Below, one piece after another: positions 48,633 to 57,409 of a stretch of 64,000 nt of DNA. Source of the DNA: a virus (Duplodnaviria; Caudoviricetes). The translations under genes and the position numbers were made by a program. The notes under the pieces were generated by a model. That model made no database searches, was not told the origin of the DNA, and was given only the letters and a program-made list of their open reading frames with translations. The stretch's first letter is position 1. Every line of letters starts with the position of its first letter. The stretch lies in the IMG/VR virus record IMGVR_UViG_3300023047_000002. One strand, written 5' to 3'.

Positions 48633-49016
48633 TTATTTATTGCCATCGGCAGGTTTAGCTTGGTCTTCTTTCTTGTCATTAGCAGGTTTAGGTTCTTCTT
48701 TCTTATCAGCATTGACATTTGAGGCACCGTCAGCAGGTTTTTCATCTGCTCTCTTGGCTTCCTCAGCAGGTTTAGCTTCCTCAGCAGGTTTAGCTTCCTC
48801 AGCAGGTTTAGCTTCCTCAGCAGGTTTAGCTTCTGCATCCTTTTCGGAGTCCTTTGATTCATCAGCAGGTTTCGTATCAGCTGCATTATCATTCTGTGCT
48901 TTTGCATTTTCTTGCTGTGCATTCTGGACTTCATCTCTCGGAGACGGTTTTGAAGCACATGAAATCATGAACATCATGCAAGCACATAGTGTGGAAATAA
49001 AAGCTATCTTTCTCAT
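48633..49016 (-). CDS. Small lipoprotein with AKPAEE repeats
   Basis: MRKIAFISTLCACMMFMISC lipoprotein signal; GAGGA RBS. Confidence 0.75.
   Translation of the reverse strand: MRKIAFISTLCACMMFMISCASKPSPRDEVQNAQQENAKAQNDNAADTKPADESKDSEKDAEAKPAEEAKPAEEAKPAEEAKPAEEAKRADEKPADGASNVNADKKEEPKPANDKKEDQAKPADGNK
48757..48833. repeat. 18-bp tandem repeat, four copies
   Basis: GCTTCCTCAGCAGGTTTA x4. Confidence 0.95.
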
Positions 49017-49126
49017 AGGTAAATCCTCTTAAAGTGAGTTGGAAACCTGAGGTCTCCAATCCTTAGTGAATGCCCCCTATTAAACCGATGTGCTGTTTTC
49101 GAGCACTCTGGTTTAGATACTTGCTG

Positions 49127-49858
49127 TTATGACAAAATAAACAGGTTACCTTCCCGGTCCCAAACACGTTTGAAATCGTTCGGTGCGGAAATCTCACTTA
49201 CCAAAACGACATGTCCTTTCTTTACGATGTTTCGACACCAGTCGAAAAATTCTTCCGATTTGAATGACGTTACGGGGTATTTGATTTTACCTGAAAATGG
49301 AGGGTCACAGTAAAAGACAGTAGGTACTTTTGGTTGAAATTCTTTGTAGTCCATACAGGTAAGCTGCACGTTGTTCTCTTTCAGTATAGAGACCGTTTCT
49401 TTAATTTTCTTTGCCCGGTAAAACGTCTTGTCAGTCGCACTGCCACTTGAACGTCCACAGAAAGAAGACATGAAATCTCTTGACGATCCTGCAAACCCAG
49501 CCCATCCTATTTTAGCACGCATAATCAGTGTAGCATCATCTGCTTTAAGTGCATTTCCATTAGGAGTGAATTTTCGATAATCTTTATTCAACTCATTTTT
49601 CATAATGTTGTAGAATTCAGCATCTACCGGTACAGGCGTGTCTTTCCACATATCATTTTTCAAGACGTGAAACATCGACATCAGGTAAGGGTTCGAGTCA
49701 TTCGCAACCACATGAAATCTTTTTGGAAGTGCACATGCTATTGAACAACCACCACAGAACAAATCAACGACCTGTTTCTTGTCTGTCATCAGGTTTTCAA
49801 TGAAACGAACAATGTGGTAAGATTCAGATTCCTTGTTACCTCTATAACACATAGCCAT
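49127..49858 (-). CDS. Dam/D12-class DNA adenine methyltransferase
   Basis: YRGNK, VDLFCGGCS, AND.N, YCDPPF, VLVSE. Confidence 0.85.
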   Translation of the reverse strand: MAMCYRGNKESESYHIVRFIENLMTDKKQVVDLFCGGCSIACALPKRFHVVANDSNPYLMSMFHVLKNDMWKDTPVPVDAEFYNIMKNELNKDYRKFTPNGNALKADDATLIMRAKIGWAGFAGSSRDFMSSFCGRSSGSATDKTFYRAKKIKETVSILKENNVQLTCMDYKEFQPKVPTVFYCDPPFSGKIKYPVTSFKSEEFFDWCRNIVKKGHVVLVSEISAPNDFKRVWDREGNLFILS

Positions 49859-49870
49859 AAGTGTTTTCTC

Positions 49871-50794
49871 CTATTTCAGCGTCTTCTGATGAAGGGATGT
49901 GATGAATTGCTCCGTAACCGGCTGACGAACAACTCTTACTGGTGTGCCAATCTCTGGGTCAAGCCATACAGTTTCAATCTGTCCATTCAGTCCATACGTC
50001 CTTAATGGAGTTTGAAGCAATGTTGCACACGCAAATGACATATACATTATAGAGCTGATGTTACCTGGCGTTACATTGTAAAACGACAGATAAGCTAGAG
50101 CACCAAACAGATTATCCGGGTCATGTGTATTTTCAACCGAATGAAAATACACATATTCAAAACTGTCTTTTTCGTCGTTTACAAAGGATGGTATGTTTGG
50201 TTCTAAACCAGTGTAACACACCACCATACTGTACGTCATTTTTTTACGTTTCCCAGTTTCGCTGTCATTTCTCCATGAGGGATAACCATCGTTATCAAGA
50301 CGGTTGAGAGATACATCTGTTACGATATACGTTGTTTCCTGCTGACAGTTCACAGAGTCATAAAACGATTTGTCCTGTGCAACTTCGTTAAACGTATCCA
50401 CATCGTATAAAGGATCAAGCAGGTTGTCGTGCATGAAGACAAGAGTGCCTAGTGTGTACTTTATGTTAAGCTCGTTTAGGATTCCTGAACGGTGTGCCCA
50501 TTCGAGGATCCGTTTCCATCCGAGAAGTGCATTTGCATACCCTGAATAACGGAAAACGATACGTTCATCTGGCTGATACACCTCATCCGAAATGAAAATC
50601 ATTCCGTCAGATACCATCATTTTGTGCATTAGGCGGTCTATTGGTGTTTCCTTGATAAAGGACTTTAAAGCCTCAACACCTGACATTTCGTATTTTCCGT
50701 GAGTTCCAACACGAAAAGCACGAAATGTCTCATTACCCTGTCCATCTTTTTCACTACGGAAGATGATGCCGTACATAAAAGGTAAGGTTTTCAT
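49871..50794 (-). CDS. Hypothetical protein
   Basis: 307-aa ORF, GGAG RBS. Confidence 0.6.
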   Translation of the reverse strand: MKTLPFMYGIIFRSEKDGQGNETFRAFRVGTHGKYEMSGVEALKSFIKETPIDRLMHKMMVSDGMIFISDEVYQPDERIVFRYSGYANALLGWKRILEWAHRSGILNELNIKYTLGTLVFMHDNLLDPLYDVDTFNEVAQDKSFYDSVNCQQETTYIVTDVSLNRLDNDGYPSWRNDSETGKRKKMTYSMVVCYTGLEPNIPSFVNDEKDSFEYVYFHSVENTHDPDNLFGALAYLSFYNVTPGNISSIMYMSFACATLLQTPLRTYGLNGQIETVWLDPEIGTPVRVVRQPVTEQFITSLHQKTLK

Positions 50795-50813
50795 AACGTC
50801 TTCTCCTGTGGAA

Positions 50814-52910
50814 CTAAACTGCTTTCAGATGCTTATGACCTGTGTCTGTACCAGTAACTACCGTCAACCTTAAAGGTATGTTGCTTTGTGCGTTGTCCAT
50901 AAACATCGTCATACTGTTATCGTAAACAACCGCTCGTTTTATCCTTGGTACATACATATCGCCACCCATATACGTGTCGTTAAACAATGCAGCCATGTTG
51001 TCCATAAATACAGACCAAGGTCTGTAAACAATTTCAGTAGGCTCGGTTATTGTTGTTAAGCGACCTGCAGGATGAGACTGAAATCCTGGTGTGTACATTC
51101 CTGGGATAGAGACGTTCATACCGCTAGACGCAGGGTAATACTTGTTAAGGTCGTTTTCTGACCAGACCTCAATAACAAATGTGTGTTTGGTCAGATTGTC
51201 AATACCGAAGTCGTTGGCTTCAGTTGATGTTCGCTCGATGCGATAATAACGTGGATTTGTTTCTGTCCCAACATTCACGAATTTCACAAGGGTTCCGCCT
51301 CTTGTCTTGTATTCTGCCATTGTGGCGTTTTTTACAAATATGTATGGAGTCCATATTTTATCCCATCCACAATTTTCATAAATACCAGTTGATGCGTTTA
51401 CAGTCATGTCCATCGCTACGGATACCGGTTTCGTTATCTGTTTCATGTCATTCGCTGTAAGGGAACCGATTATTGTTTCTTTCGTTTCACATAATGCGTG
51501 CGTTAGTGAATTCCTTGGATGTCCGTTAAACAGATAATGAAGAGATACATTTGAGAATGCTGCGATAAGGAGTAAGTAAACGTCAGCACTCAGTGTGTGC
51601 ACTATCTTTGTTTTGTACCGTCTTGCGATATCATACGCAGAACGTCTGCACATTAAACGGTCTTTGAAGAACACACAGTTGTTGAACAATTCTGTAAAGA
51701 TGACGTTCTCACTTTCGGATTTAAGACTCGGATGAAACGTATGATGCACGTACAAGAAGTTTCTCGTTAAACTGCTTAGCTTGCTTATCTTGTACTTCTT
51801 AATCCCTTTCGTTAAATGCTTTCCTGAGATAGATATGTAAGGTTCTTGCTTGTGCATCTTATGTTGAGTGAACCGCATATATACTTCTTCTACACCTTCT
51901 TTTGGAGTCATCACATGGCTTTTTAATTTCCATACAGTCAGCTTGAAATGTTGCTTGTCAACTGACAAGCACTCACGTCTAAAGCCAGCACCACCAAAGA
52001 AATAATCCATGTCCGAAATATTGTCCAAGAATGGCAGCATAATGTCATTATTCTGCCTTGAAGGTCTTTCTGATGATTCAAGCAACCATTCCATTCCATC
52101 GGAATCAATGGAGTAATATTTCCACCACACCTTGTTTGAATTTGTATCGTTGTATGCGTATTCAAACACACGTCCACAATCCCATTCGTACTTCGTTCCC
52201 TGAGTAACGTCTTTCGTTGATATGCTTTGCAGGTCTTTTGAGTCCTTCGGGTAAATCGTCGTCTTAAGGTTCAGTCTAAACGAGTCATCATCAAGAATGC
52301 CGTTTCTATACACAGGGTCGAACTGTATTGACACATCTGCAAAAGACGTAACCGTACCTACGAGAATCGTTATGTATGGACGCGGCAAACCTCGATAGTT
52401 TATTACGTCTTTAATTTCGCCATCAGTTCCATTTGTGCGAACAACAAGATCTCCTGTTCCTGCACCATAGACGAGGTCGCGATTTTCAGTACTTATTGTG
52501 TACCCTATAAGAGTTAGCGGAGCATCTGTGTCTATGCGGTACGTTGGCACAGGAGCTCCACCTGTATTGCTAATACTCTCAGTCGTATCAATTTGTATTT
52601 TAGCCATGTCCATCTGATACACGGCACGTAAGTACGATTTCTTGCTAGTCTCAGAAATCATTTTTACGAGTTCGCGTGGAATTGTATTCAGGTCAATGAC
52701 GCATTTCCTGTCCGTAGCATAAGATGAAAATGCACCGTATTTCCATTTGAATCCTACCTGTCTGTGTCTGTGCCATCCACACCATGATTTCAGGACAAAC
52801 ACTTGTCCCCAAACAGCATCCAATAAAGACACAAGTTTTGAGTAAAATACGTTCGCCGCATCGTCAATGAGCGGCATCATCAATTCTTCGAGGGTGATCT
52901 TCTTAGCCAT
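50814..52910 (-). CDS. Putative virion/baseplate protein
   Basis: 698-aa beta-rich ORF in a structural operon. Confidence 0.5.
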   Translation of the reverse strand: MAKKITLEELMMPLIDDAANVFYSKLVSLLDAVWGQVFVLKSWCGWHRHRQVGFKWKYGAFSSYATDRKCVIDLNTIPRELVKMISETSKKSYLRAVYQMDMAKIQIDTTESISNTGGAPVPTYRIDTDAPLTLIGYTISTENRDLVYGAGTGDLVVRTNGTDGEIKDVINYRGLPRPYITILVGTVTSFADVSIQFDPVYRNGILDDDSFRLNLKTTIYPKDSKDLQSISTKDVTQGTKYEWDCGRVFEYAYNDTNSNKVWWKYYSIDSDGMEWLLESSERPSRQNNDIMLPFLDNISDMDYFFGGAGFRRECLSVDKQHFKLTVWKLKSHVMTPKEGVEEVYMRFTQHKMHKQEPYISISGKHLTKGIKKYKISKLSSLTRNFLYVHHTFHPSLKSESENVIFTELFNNCVFFKDRLMCRRSAYDIARRYKTKIVHTLSADVYLLLIAAFSNVSLHYLFNGHPRNSLTHALCETKETIIGSLTANDMKQITKPVSVAMDMTVNASTGIYENCGWDKIWTPYIFVKNATMAEYKTRGGTLVKFVNVGTETNPRYYRIERTSTEANDFGIDNLTKHTFVIEVWSENDLNKYYPASSGMNVSIPGMYTPGFQSHPAGRLTTITEPTEIVYRPWSVFMDNMAALFNDTYMGGDMYVPRIKRAVVYDNSMTMFMDNAQSNIPLRLTVVTGTDTGHKHLKAV

Positions 52911-52925
52911 CTGTCAATCCCTCCT

Positions 52926-54740
52926 CTAGAACCCAATAATATACCCATAGCGATCAATCTGATTAGGAACTCTCTCAGCAGACACAAGATAATCGTTCAT
53001 TATGAATTCAAGATTGTCTTGTTTAATTACGTTTGCGGAAGCCTCTGATGGCACTGCCTGACCCACATCAAATACATAGTCTTCTGAACGCAAAACATCT
53101 GCATTAAATGCTTTATCTTTCATGTGATACACACAAATTTGCTTGATGACAAAAGCACGGTCAACTTCTGGCAATTTAGACACGCTGAAAGGATTCAGGT
53201 TCGCTCGTACAATAACGTATGTCGGAAACATGTCATCAGATGCAAGACGCCAGTAACGTCCACCATACAAGAATGTATCAGCTTCTTCTTTTTCAGCTTC
53301 ACATACAAGTTCCGCACTTCCCTTAACCATTGTCAGGAAACCAAATGCGTTGTACCAACGGCTTAGACACCAACGATGTCTACGTCTCTGGAATGCTTTA
53401 AACTCTTCAATGTCTGACACTTCAGGGACTGCAACTTCTTCACTGTACTCAATACCTGTCGAGGTTGTTGTTCGTTTTTCGTAAAATGTTCCGTTGATTT
53501 CGTACAAAGGTTTTGCATTTCCGTCCGAAGTGTCGTTCAAATCGTCCAGATAACTTACCGGGAAAATCGGATAGTTGCGGTCACGTTCCATGTCCGTAAG
53601 AGGCATCGGGTATGGTGCACCGCTAAGGTCAAATCCATTGAGGTATCTTGAAGCGTCAAGGTCTTCATACTCAGAACCGTATTCTGTCTTCTTCGATGTT
53701 GTACCACCTGTACTACCGGATGATTCTGTAATCGTCGTAGGCTTGTTTCTCTTGTCGTTTGAACGTGCACGAACCAAATCCGTCAGTACAAGGAATGGCT
53801 GTGCTTTCTGTGCATTGTATCTAGCTTGTTTCCTGTCATATAGTTCTTCAGGAGTCCAGTCTTCATACACGGTATCATATACAGGCAATCCATCTGCATC
53901 AATAACGATGTTACCGAGTGCGTCCAAACGAGCAACCTTTTTAGGTGTTCCGTCTTCGTTTAAAACAACACGTTTGCTTCCTGGTTTTTCATTAAGTCTT
54001 GGATCTTCCTGTGATGACACTGTTGTCCACTGAATCAAACCATGACGCAACCCAGATAAGTCAATACAGAAACCTTTTTCCGTATTGTCGTCTTCGGTTA
54101 ATGACGCAGAACGTGTTGCCGGTATTTCGTCCGTATTGCCATCTTCTTTGCCATTAGTCAGGTAGTAATCTCGAAATACGATTGCATAAGCACCTGCATC
54201 ATAATTGTCATGATATGCTTTCAGTATGGCACGTGCGGAAACACGTGTATCATCACTTACGTACAACGGGTCACGTGTACTATCGTAGGCAAAGTAAATC
54301 TCAGCTTTTCCGTCAGGGTTTAGCTGCATACACATCGGATGTTCAGAAAGATATGTCGATGATGCCTCCGTTCTGTTTGTCGTTAAAATCATCATCACAG
54401 GCAGTGTATATGTGAACTTCGGAATTTCAATCCAGTCGCCATCTTCAGTTCCCCATGAGGTAACAGGAACCTCCACCATACAGCCACATCCACATGGACA
54501 AGGTCTGTACTTAGGATGTACAGATTCGGAAGGAACCGTAATGTCTTCATCTGTTGAAGCATCATCATGATTCTGTTTACTGTTCTGACGGTCATTGCAT
54601 GGTGGTGCTTTTGGCATTTCAAGAGTTGTCCATGCTTTTCCACCTGTACCGAATGCAAACCACAATCCACCACCGCTGTTACAGAACTTCTTAAACTCAC
54701 GTGCTTTTACGTAACGACCATAATCCGTGAAAATTCCCAT
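52926..54740 (-). CDS. Putative baseplate wedge protein
   Basis: N-terminal GR...A..F...LWFAFG...W....P..P pattern; start 54740 from GGAGA RBS. Confidence 0.5.
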   Translation of the reverse strand: MGIFTDYGRYVKAREFKKFCNSGGGLWFAFGTGGKAWTTLEMPKAPPCNDRQNSKQNHDDASTDEDITVPSESVHPKYRPCPCGCGCMVEVPVTSWGTEDGDWIEIPKFTYTLPVMMILTTNRTEASSTYLSEHPMCMQLNPDGKAEIYFAYDSTRDPLYVSDDTRVSARAILKAYHDNYDAGAYAIVFRDYYLTNGKEDGNTDEIPATRSASLTEDDNTEKGFCIDLSGLRHGLIQWTTVSSQEDPRLNEKPGSKRVVLNEDGTPKKVARLDALGNIVIDADGLPVYDTVYEDWTPEELYDRKQARYNAQKAQPFLVLTDLVRARSNDKRNKPTTITESSGSTGGTTSKKTEYGSEYEDLDASRYLNGFDLSGAPYPMPLTDMERDRNYPIFPVSYLDDLNDTSDGNAKPLYEINGTFYEKRTTTSTGIEYSEEVAVPEVSDIEEFKAFQRRRHRWCLSRWYNAFGFLTMVKGSAELVCEAEKEEADTFLYGGRYWRLASDDMFPTYVIVRANLNPFSVSKLPEVDRAFVIKQICVYHMKDKAFNADVLRSEDYVFDVGQAVPSEASANVIKQDNLEFIMNDYLVSAERVPNQIDRYGYIIGF

Positions 54741-54780
54741 GTGTTGTCTCCATGTTATACGGTCAACCACCGTTATTACA

Positions 54781-54815
54781 GAACTAAACGCACAGATTGT
54801 TTGTGCGTTTAGTTC
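54781..54815. terminator. Perfect 14-bp hairpin downstream (minus strand) of the CRISPR array
   Basis: GAACTAAACGCACA-gattgtt-TGTGCGTTTAGTTC. Confidence 0.6.
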
Positions 54816-54961
54816 GATAAGATGCTAATTCGTTGAAGACATGACTATTGAGTTGTGAACGATTGAACAAATCTACTACACCATTGAGATTGGAGCTGTT
54901 GAAATTGGGAGCGAATACCAATGCTACTGGATTTACTGATGCCCTTGCCTTTTGTCGAGAA

Positions 54962-55129
54962 GTTTGACCATCCTTTGAATTTGCACACCTCTCAAACTTA
55001 CAGAGATTCCGATAAGGATTTCTCGTAGTTTGACCATCCTTTGAATTTGCACACCTCTCAAACCTCTCGGTGACTATGGAATGATTCGCCGATGTTTGAC
55101 CATCCTTTGAATTTGCACACCTCTCAAAC
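54962..55129 (-). CRISPR. Cas-less CRISPR mini-array, type II-like (3 x 36-bp identical repeats, 2 x 30-bp spacers)
   Basis: Repeats at 54962-54997, 55028-55063 and 55094-55129; minus-strand repeat GTTTGAGAGGTGTGCAAATTCAAAGGATGGTCAAAC; spacers (+ strand) TTACAGAGATTCCGATAAGGATTTCTCGTA and CTCTCGGTGACTATGGAATGATTCGCCGAT. Confidence 0.93.
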
Positions 55130-55131
55130 CT

Positions 55132-56187
55132 TTAAATTTGAAAGTTGATTAAAGTAAGTTCTGTCACATTAGACAACATTTTATTACATTGTGAAATCCA
55201 TTTTCTTGTCTCTGCGGAATCATCTTCGGCTTGTTCATAAATGTTAATTATTTCCTTAAACTGGGTTATGACTTCTTTAGGGAATTCCCTGTAACCTACA
55301 TCATACATTTCTATGAAATTATTAAAATATTGTCTACATACATCAAGAATGTATTCAAGAGGACTGTTTGAGGCATCAATATCTGCATATGCTGATTCAT
55401 AAGCACACAATTTTAATCGGTTAAACATTCTTGACGAGTTGTTACGCTTGTATTGCGTATGTTGTTCAGCTAAGTGGTCAAGAGCAAGACGTTTGAAGTC
55501 TTCATAATTTTGAATATCAGTATCTCTAAAGTCTACAATCATTCTTTTTTTAATCTTTGTAAACATATCATCATTCCCAAATCCAAACAAGACTTTACGT
55601 AATCGCCTTTTACCAGATTCGAGTTCTGGAGCATTAAAATCACGTTTATAATGAATTTTGTCGTCCTCTTTTTCGAGAATACGTGAAGCAGTACATCCGA
55701 TTATGTGGTGCACATACAAATTTGGTATTACATCGCCTCCATTTCGTGCAAAATAATGCTCAATGGCATCACTGACCTCTGCAAAACAATTCAAGTTTTT
55801 ATACTCAATCTGAGCTTTGCAAAGTTCCTCAACTGCTTTCTTATGGAATGAAAATGAGGGATCACCACCAATATAACGTAATCCGACAATCGTTTTATTA
55901 CTGTTGTAACCAGCCATAGCAACAACTGTTTCAGCAGAAACAATACGTTCAGTTGAAACAATCCGGACAAGAGACGTAGTCTCCGGTGTGAATCCTGTAT
56001 TATGTCCACCTTTTATGTTGTATGACAAATCAACGATCTCTGATAATCGTGAATACAATTCTGGTATAGATGCACATGCATAGTCAAGAATATACCCAAC
56101 ATCAGAATCCTTTTCTCTGAGTATTTTATCAGGATCAACTGATTCTGTCATAGGTCGCTTTCGTCTGTTCTTTATGATCAATGCCAT
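55132..56187 (-). CDS. AT-rich hypothetical protein directly upstream of the CRISPR array
   Basis: 351 aa; GAGGT RBS; MALIIKNRRKRPMTES N-terminus; SY..KGG and FAEVSDAIEHYF motifs; no RuvC, HNH or HEPN motif seen. Confidence 0.75.
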   Translation of the reverse strand: MALIIKNRRKRPMTESVDPDKILREKDSDVGYILDYACASIPELYSRLSEIVDLSYNIKGGHNTGFTPETTSLVRIVSTERIVSAETVVAMAGYNSNKTIVGLRYIGGDPSFSFHKKAVEELCKAQIEYKNLNCFAEVSDAIEHYFARNGGDVIPNLYVHHIIGCTASRILEKEDDKIHYKRDFNAPELESGKRRLRKVLFGFGNDDMFTKIKKRMIVDFRDTDIQNYEDFKRLALDHLAEQHTQYKRNNSSRMFNRLKLCAYESAYADIDASNSPLEYILDVCRQYFNNFIEMYDVGYREFPKEVITQFKEIINIYEQAEDDSAETRKWISQCNKMLSNVTELTLINFQI

Positions 56188-56256
56188 ATCTCTACCTCAC
56201 TTGGTTTGAGTTGTCTATTTCGATGGCGACAACCATTGTCGCCATCACCACACGCT

Positions 56257-56297
56257 CTTATAGCACACTCTTTCGGACAGATTCTCAAACAGCACCA
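56257..56297 (-). promoter_or_regulatory. TGGTGCT-box promoter for the 351-aa gene and CRISPR array
   Basis: Minus strand TGGTGCT-N28-TATAAG with TG extension, followed by the perfect hairpin 56222-56246. Confidence 0.7.
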
Positions 56298-56444
56298 TGA
56301 ATGTCAAACAATAACTAGGTACTCGATTTTGAAGTCATCAATTCCTTTGGTATTGGCGCGGTTCGCCACTTCCTTTGTCAGAGGACTTTGCGTACACCGT
56401 GGGGATTGAGGGGACAAATTTTTGTTTTCTGTTTTCAACATGAC

Positions 56445-56668
56445 GCGAGCAGGAATCCCACGCGGCTTTAGCCCGTGGGTAAGGCGAGCAATCTTGTTGT
56501 TGTTGAATTCGATTTGTTGTTGTGGTACAAGGTTTTCAATTCCTACGGAACATAGGAATACAATGCAAGTGGAGAACAAGACCTCTGGCAAGTCTTCAAC
56601 TAAGAAGAAAGATAAGTCTCGTTCGTTGAAACTTGAAGCCCACCGCCTAAAGGCGGTGGGTAGTTGAC
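56445..56668 (+). mobile_element. 224-bp non-autonomous IS200/IS605 (tnpB-type) miniature element
   Basis: Left hairpin GGAATCCCACGCGGCTTTAGCCCGTGGG; right end GAAGCCCACCGCCTAAAGGCGGTGGGTAGTTGAC; no tnpA or tnpB inside. Confidence 0.8.
56503..56531 (+). promoter_or_regulatory. Sigma70-like promoter inside the miniature element
   Basis: TTGAAT-N17-TACAAG with TGn extension. Confidence 0.5.
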
Positions 56669-56688
56669 TTATCAACTTTACGTACACC
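56540..56688 (+). ncRNA. Putative TnpB omegaRNA (reRNA) scaffold plus about 20-nt guide
   Basis: TTCCTA-cggaaca-TAGGAA hairpin, GCAAGTGGAGA, AAGAC..GTCTT stem, TCGTTGAAACTTGAAG (CAAG/CTTG pairing), right-end hairpin; guide TTATCAACTTTACGTACACC. Confidence 0.65.
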
Positions 56689-56765
56689 GTGATGAAAGCG
56701 GTTGGTTATTGTGAACCACCTCTTCATATTTCTGTTATCAACTTTACATACACCGTGAATGACAA

Positions 56766-57248
56766 ATGGGACTTTTTACATCGCTTTTACCAACTGAATC
56801 AGAACGGAATCTTCAAATCGGATTTATCGATGAAGGAATGCGACTGTATGGAATTGAAGCCGTACTCATTGATGTAGATTCCGTGTCATTCTATTCAGAC
56901 AATCACAAGTTGTCAGGACGTGAAAAACACATACACGTGTTGTTTCAAGACCACCCGAATAGGAGACTATTAGCAAATCTCCAATTCAATCACATTGAAC
57001 GAAACGAACCTGCAATAATCGTGTTTATTCCGTTCCAGTTTGGTGGCGTACATCTCGACATAGTTAAAGATCAGGTTCTCGTTATCGGAGAAGATAATTG
57101 GGTCATAAAAGCCGTGAACTGCACATACTTCACGGGACTTTGGTACGTATGCCATGTCGTTCCGTTTATGATGGAAGAAGACAGACCAAGAGATCAATCC
57201 AGACATAAATCTCAATTCTTCAATCCAGGTGAAGTTGAGTTCGAATGA
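56766..57248 (+). CDS. Putative neck / head-completion protein (T4 gp14-like)
   Basis: FIDEGMRLYGIEAVLI N-terminal pattern; beta-barrel-like composition. Confidence 0.45.
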   Translation: MGLFTSLLPTESERNLQIGFIDEGMRLYGIEAVLIDVDSVSFYSDNHKLSGREKHIHVLFQDHPNRRLLANLQFNHIERNEPAIIVFIPFQFGGVHLDIVKDQVLVIGEDNWVIKAVNCTYFTGLWYVCHVVPFMMEEDRPRDQSRHKSQFFNPGEVEFE

Positions 57249-57277
57249 CCCGTCTCACACACTCAAACAGAAAGTGC

Positions 57278-57389
57278 TCAAATTTGACATGTACTAAAAA
57301 GTTACGACCTTACCCTGGTAAGTACTAGGGTAAAATAAAAAATCGCGTAGAACGCAAACTAGAGGCATTCTACGCGATTTCCATTTTCA
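57278..57389. repeat. About 112-bp dispersed intergenic repeat, copy B
   Basis: Matches 23481-23593; contains inverted repeats TACCCT.GTA/TACTAGGGTA and AAATCGCGTAGAA/TTCTACGCGATTT. Confidence 0.85.
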
Positions 57390-57409
57390 CTCTGTTAAAT
57401 TAGTGTACA

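Noticed and set aside
54816-54961. Fourth degenerate CRISPR repeat, second repeat type or tracrRNA
   Set aside because: The sequence at the expected 66-bp offset does not resemble the repeat and no anti-repeat is visible.
55132-56187. Compact Cas effector (Cas12f/Cas13-like)
   Set aside because: No RuvC triad, zinc finger, HNH or paired HEPN motifs recognised, and the repeat looks type II.
56203-56290. tracrRNA anti-repeat (GTTTGAG / GCACAC..CTCAAAC)
   Set aside because: Matches are only 6-7 nt and discontinuous; the region is explained by the minus-strand promoter and leader hairpin.
56669-56758. Second CRISPR array (24-nt repeat at 66-bp spacing)
   Set aside because: Only two copies, similarity stops at 24 nt and the ends are not CRISPR-like; treated as a recurrent motif instead.
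56206-56877. Short ORFs over the miniature element (56206, 56304, 56422, 56689)
   Set aside because: They overlap palindromes and promoter sequence, have no convincing RBS and show no transposase motifs.
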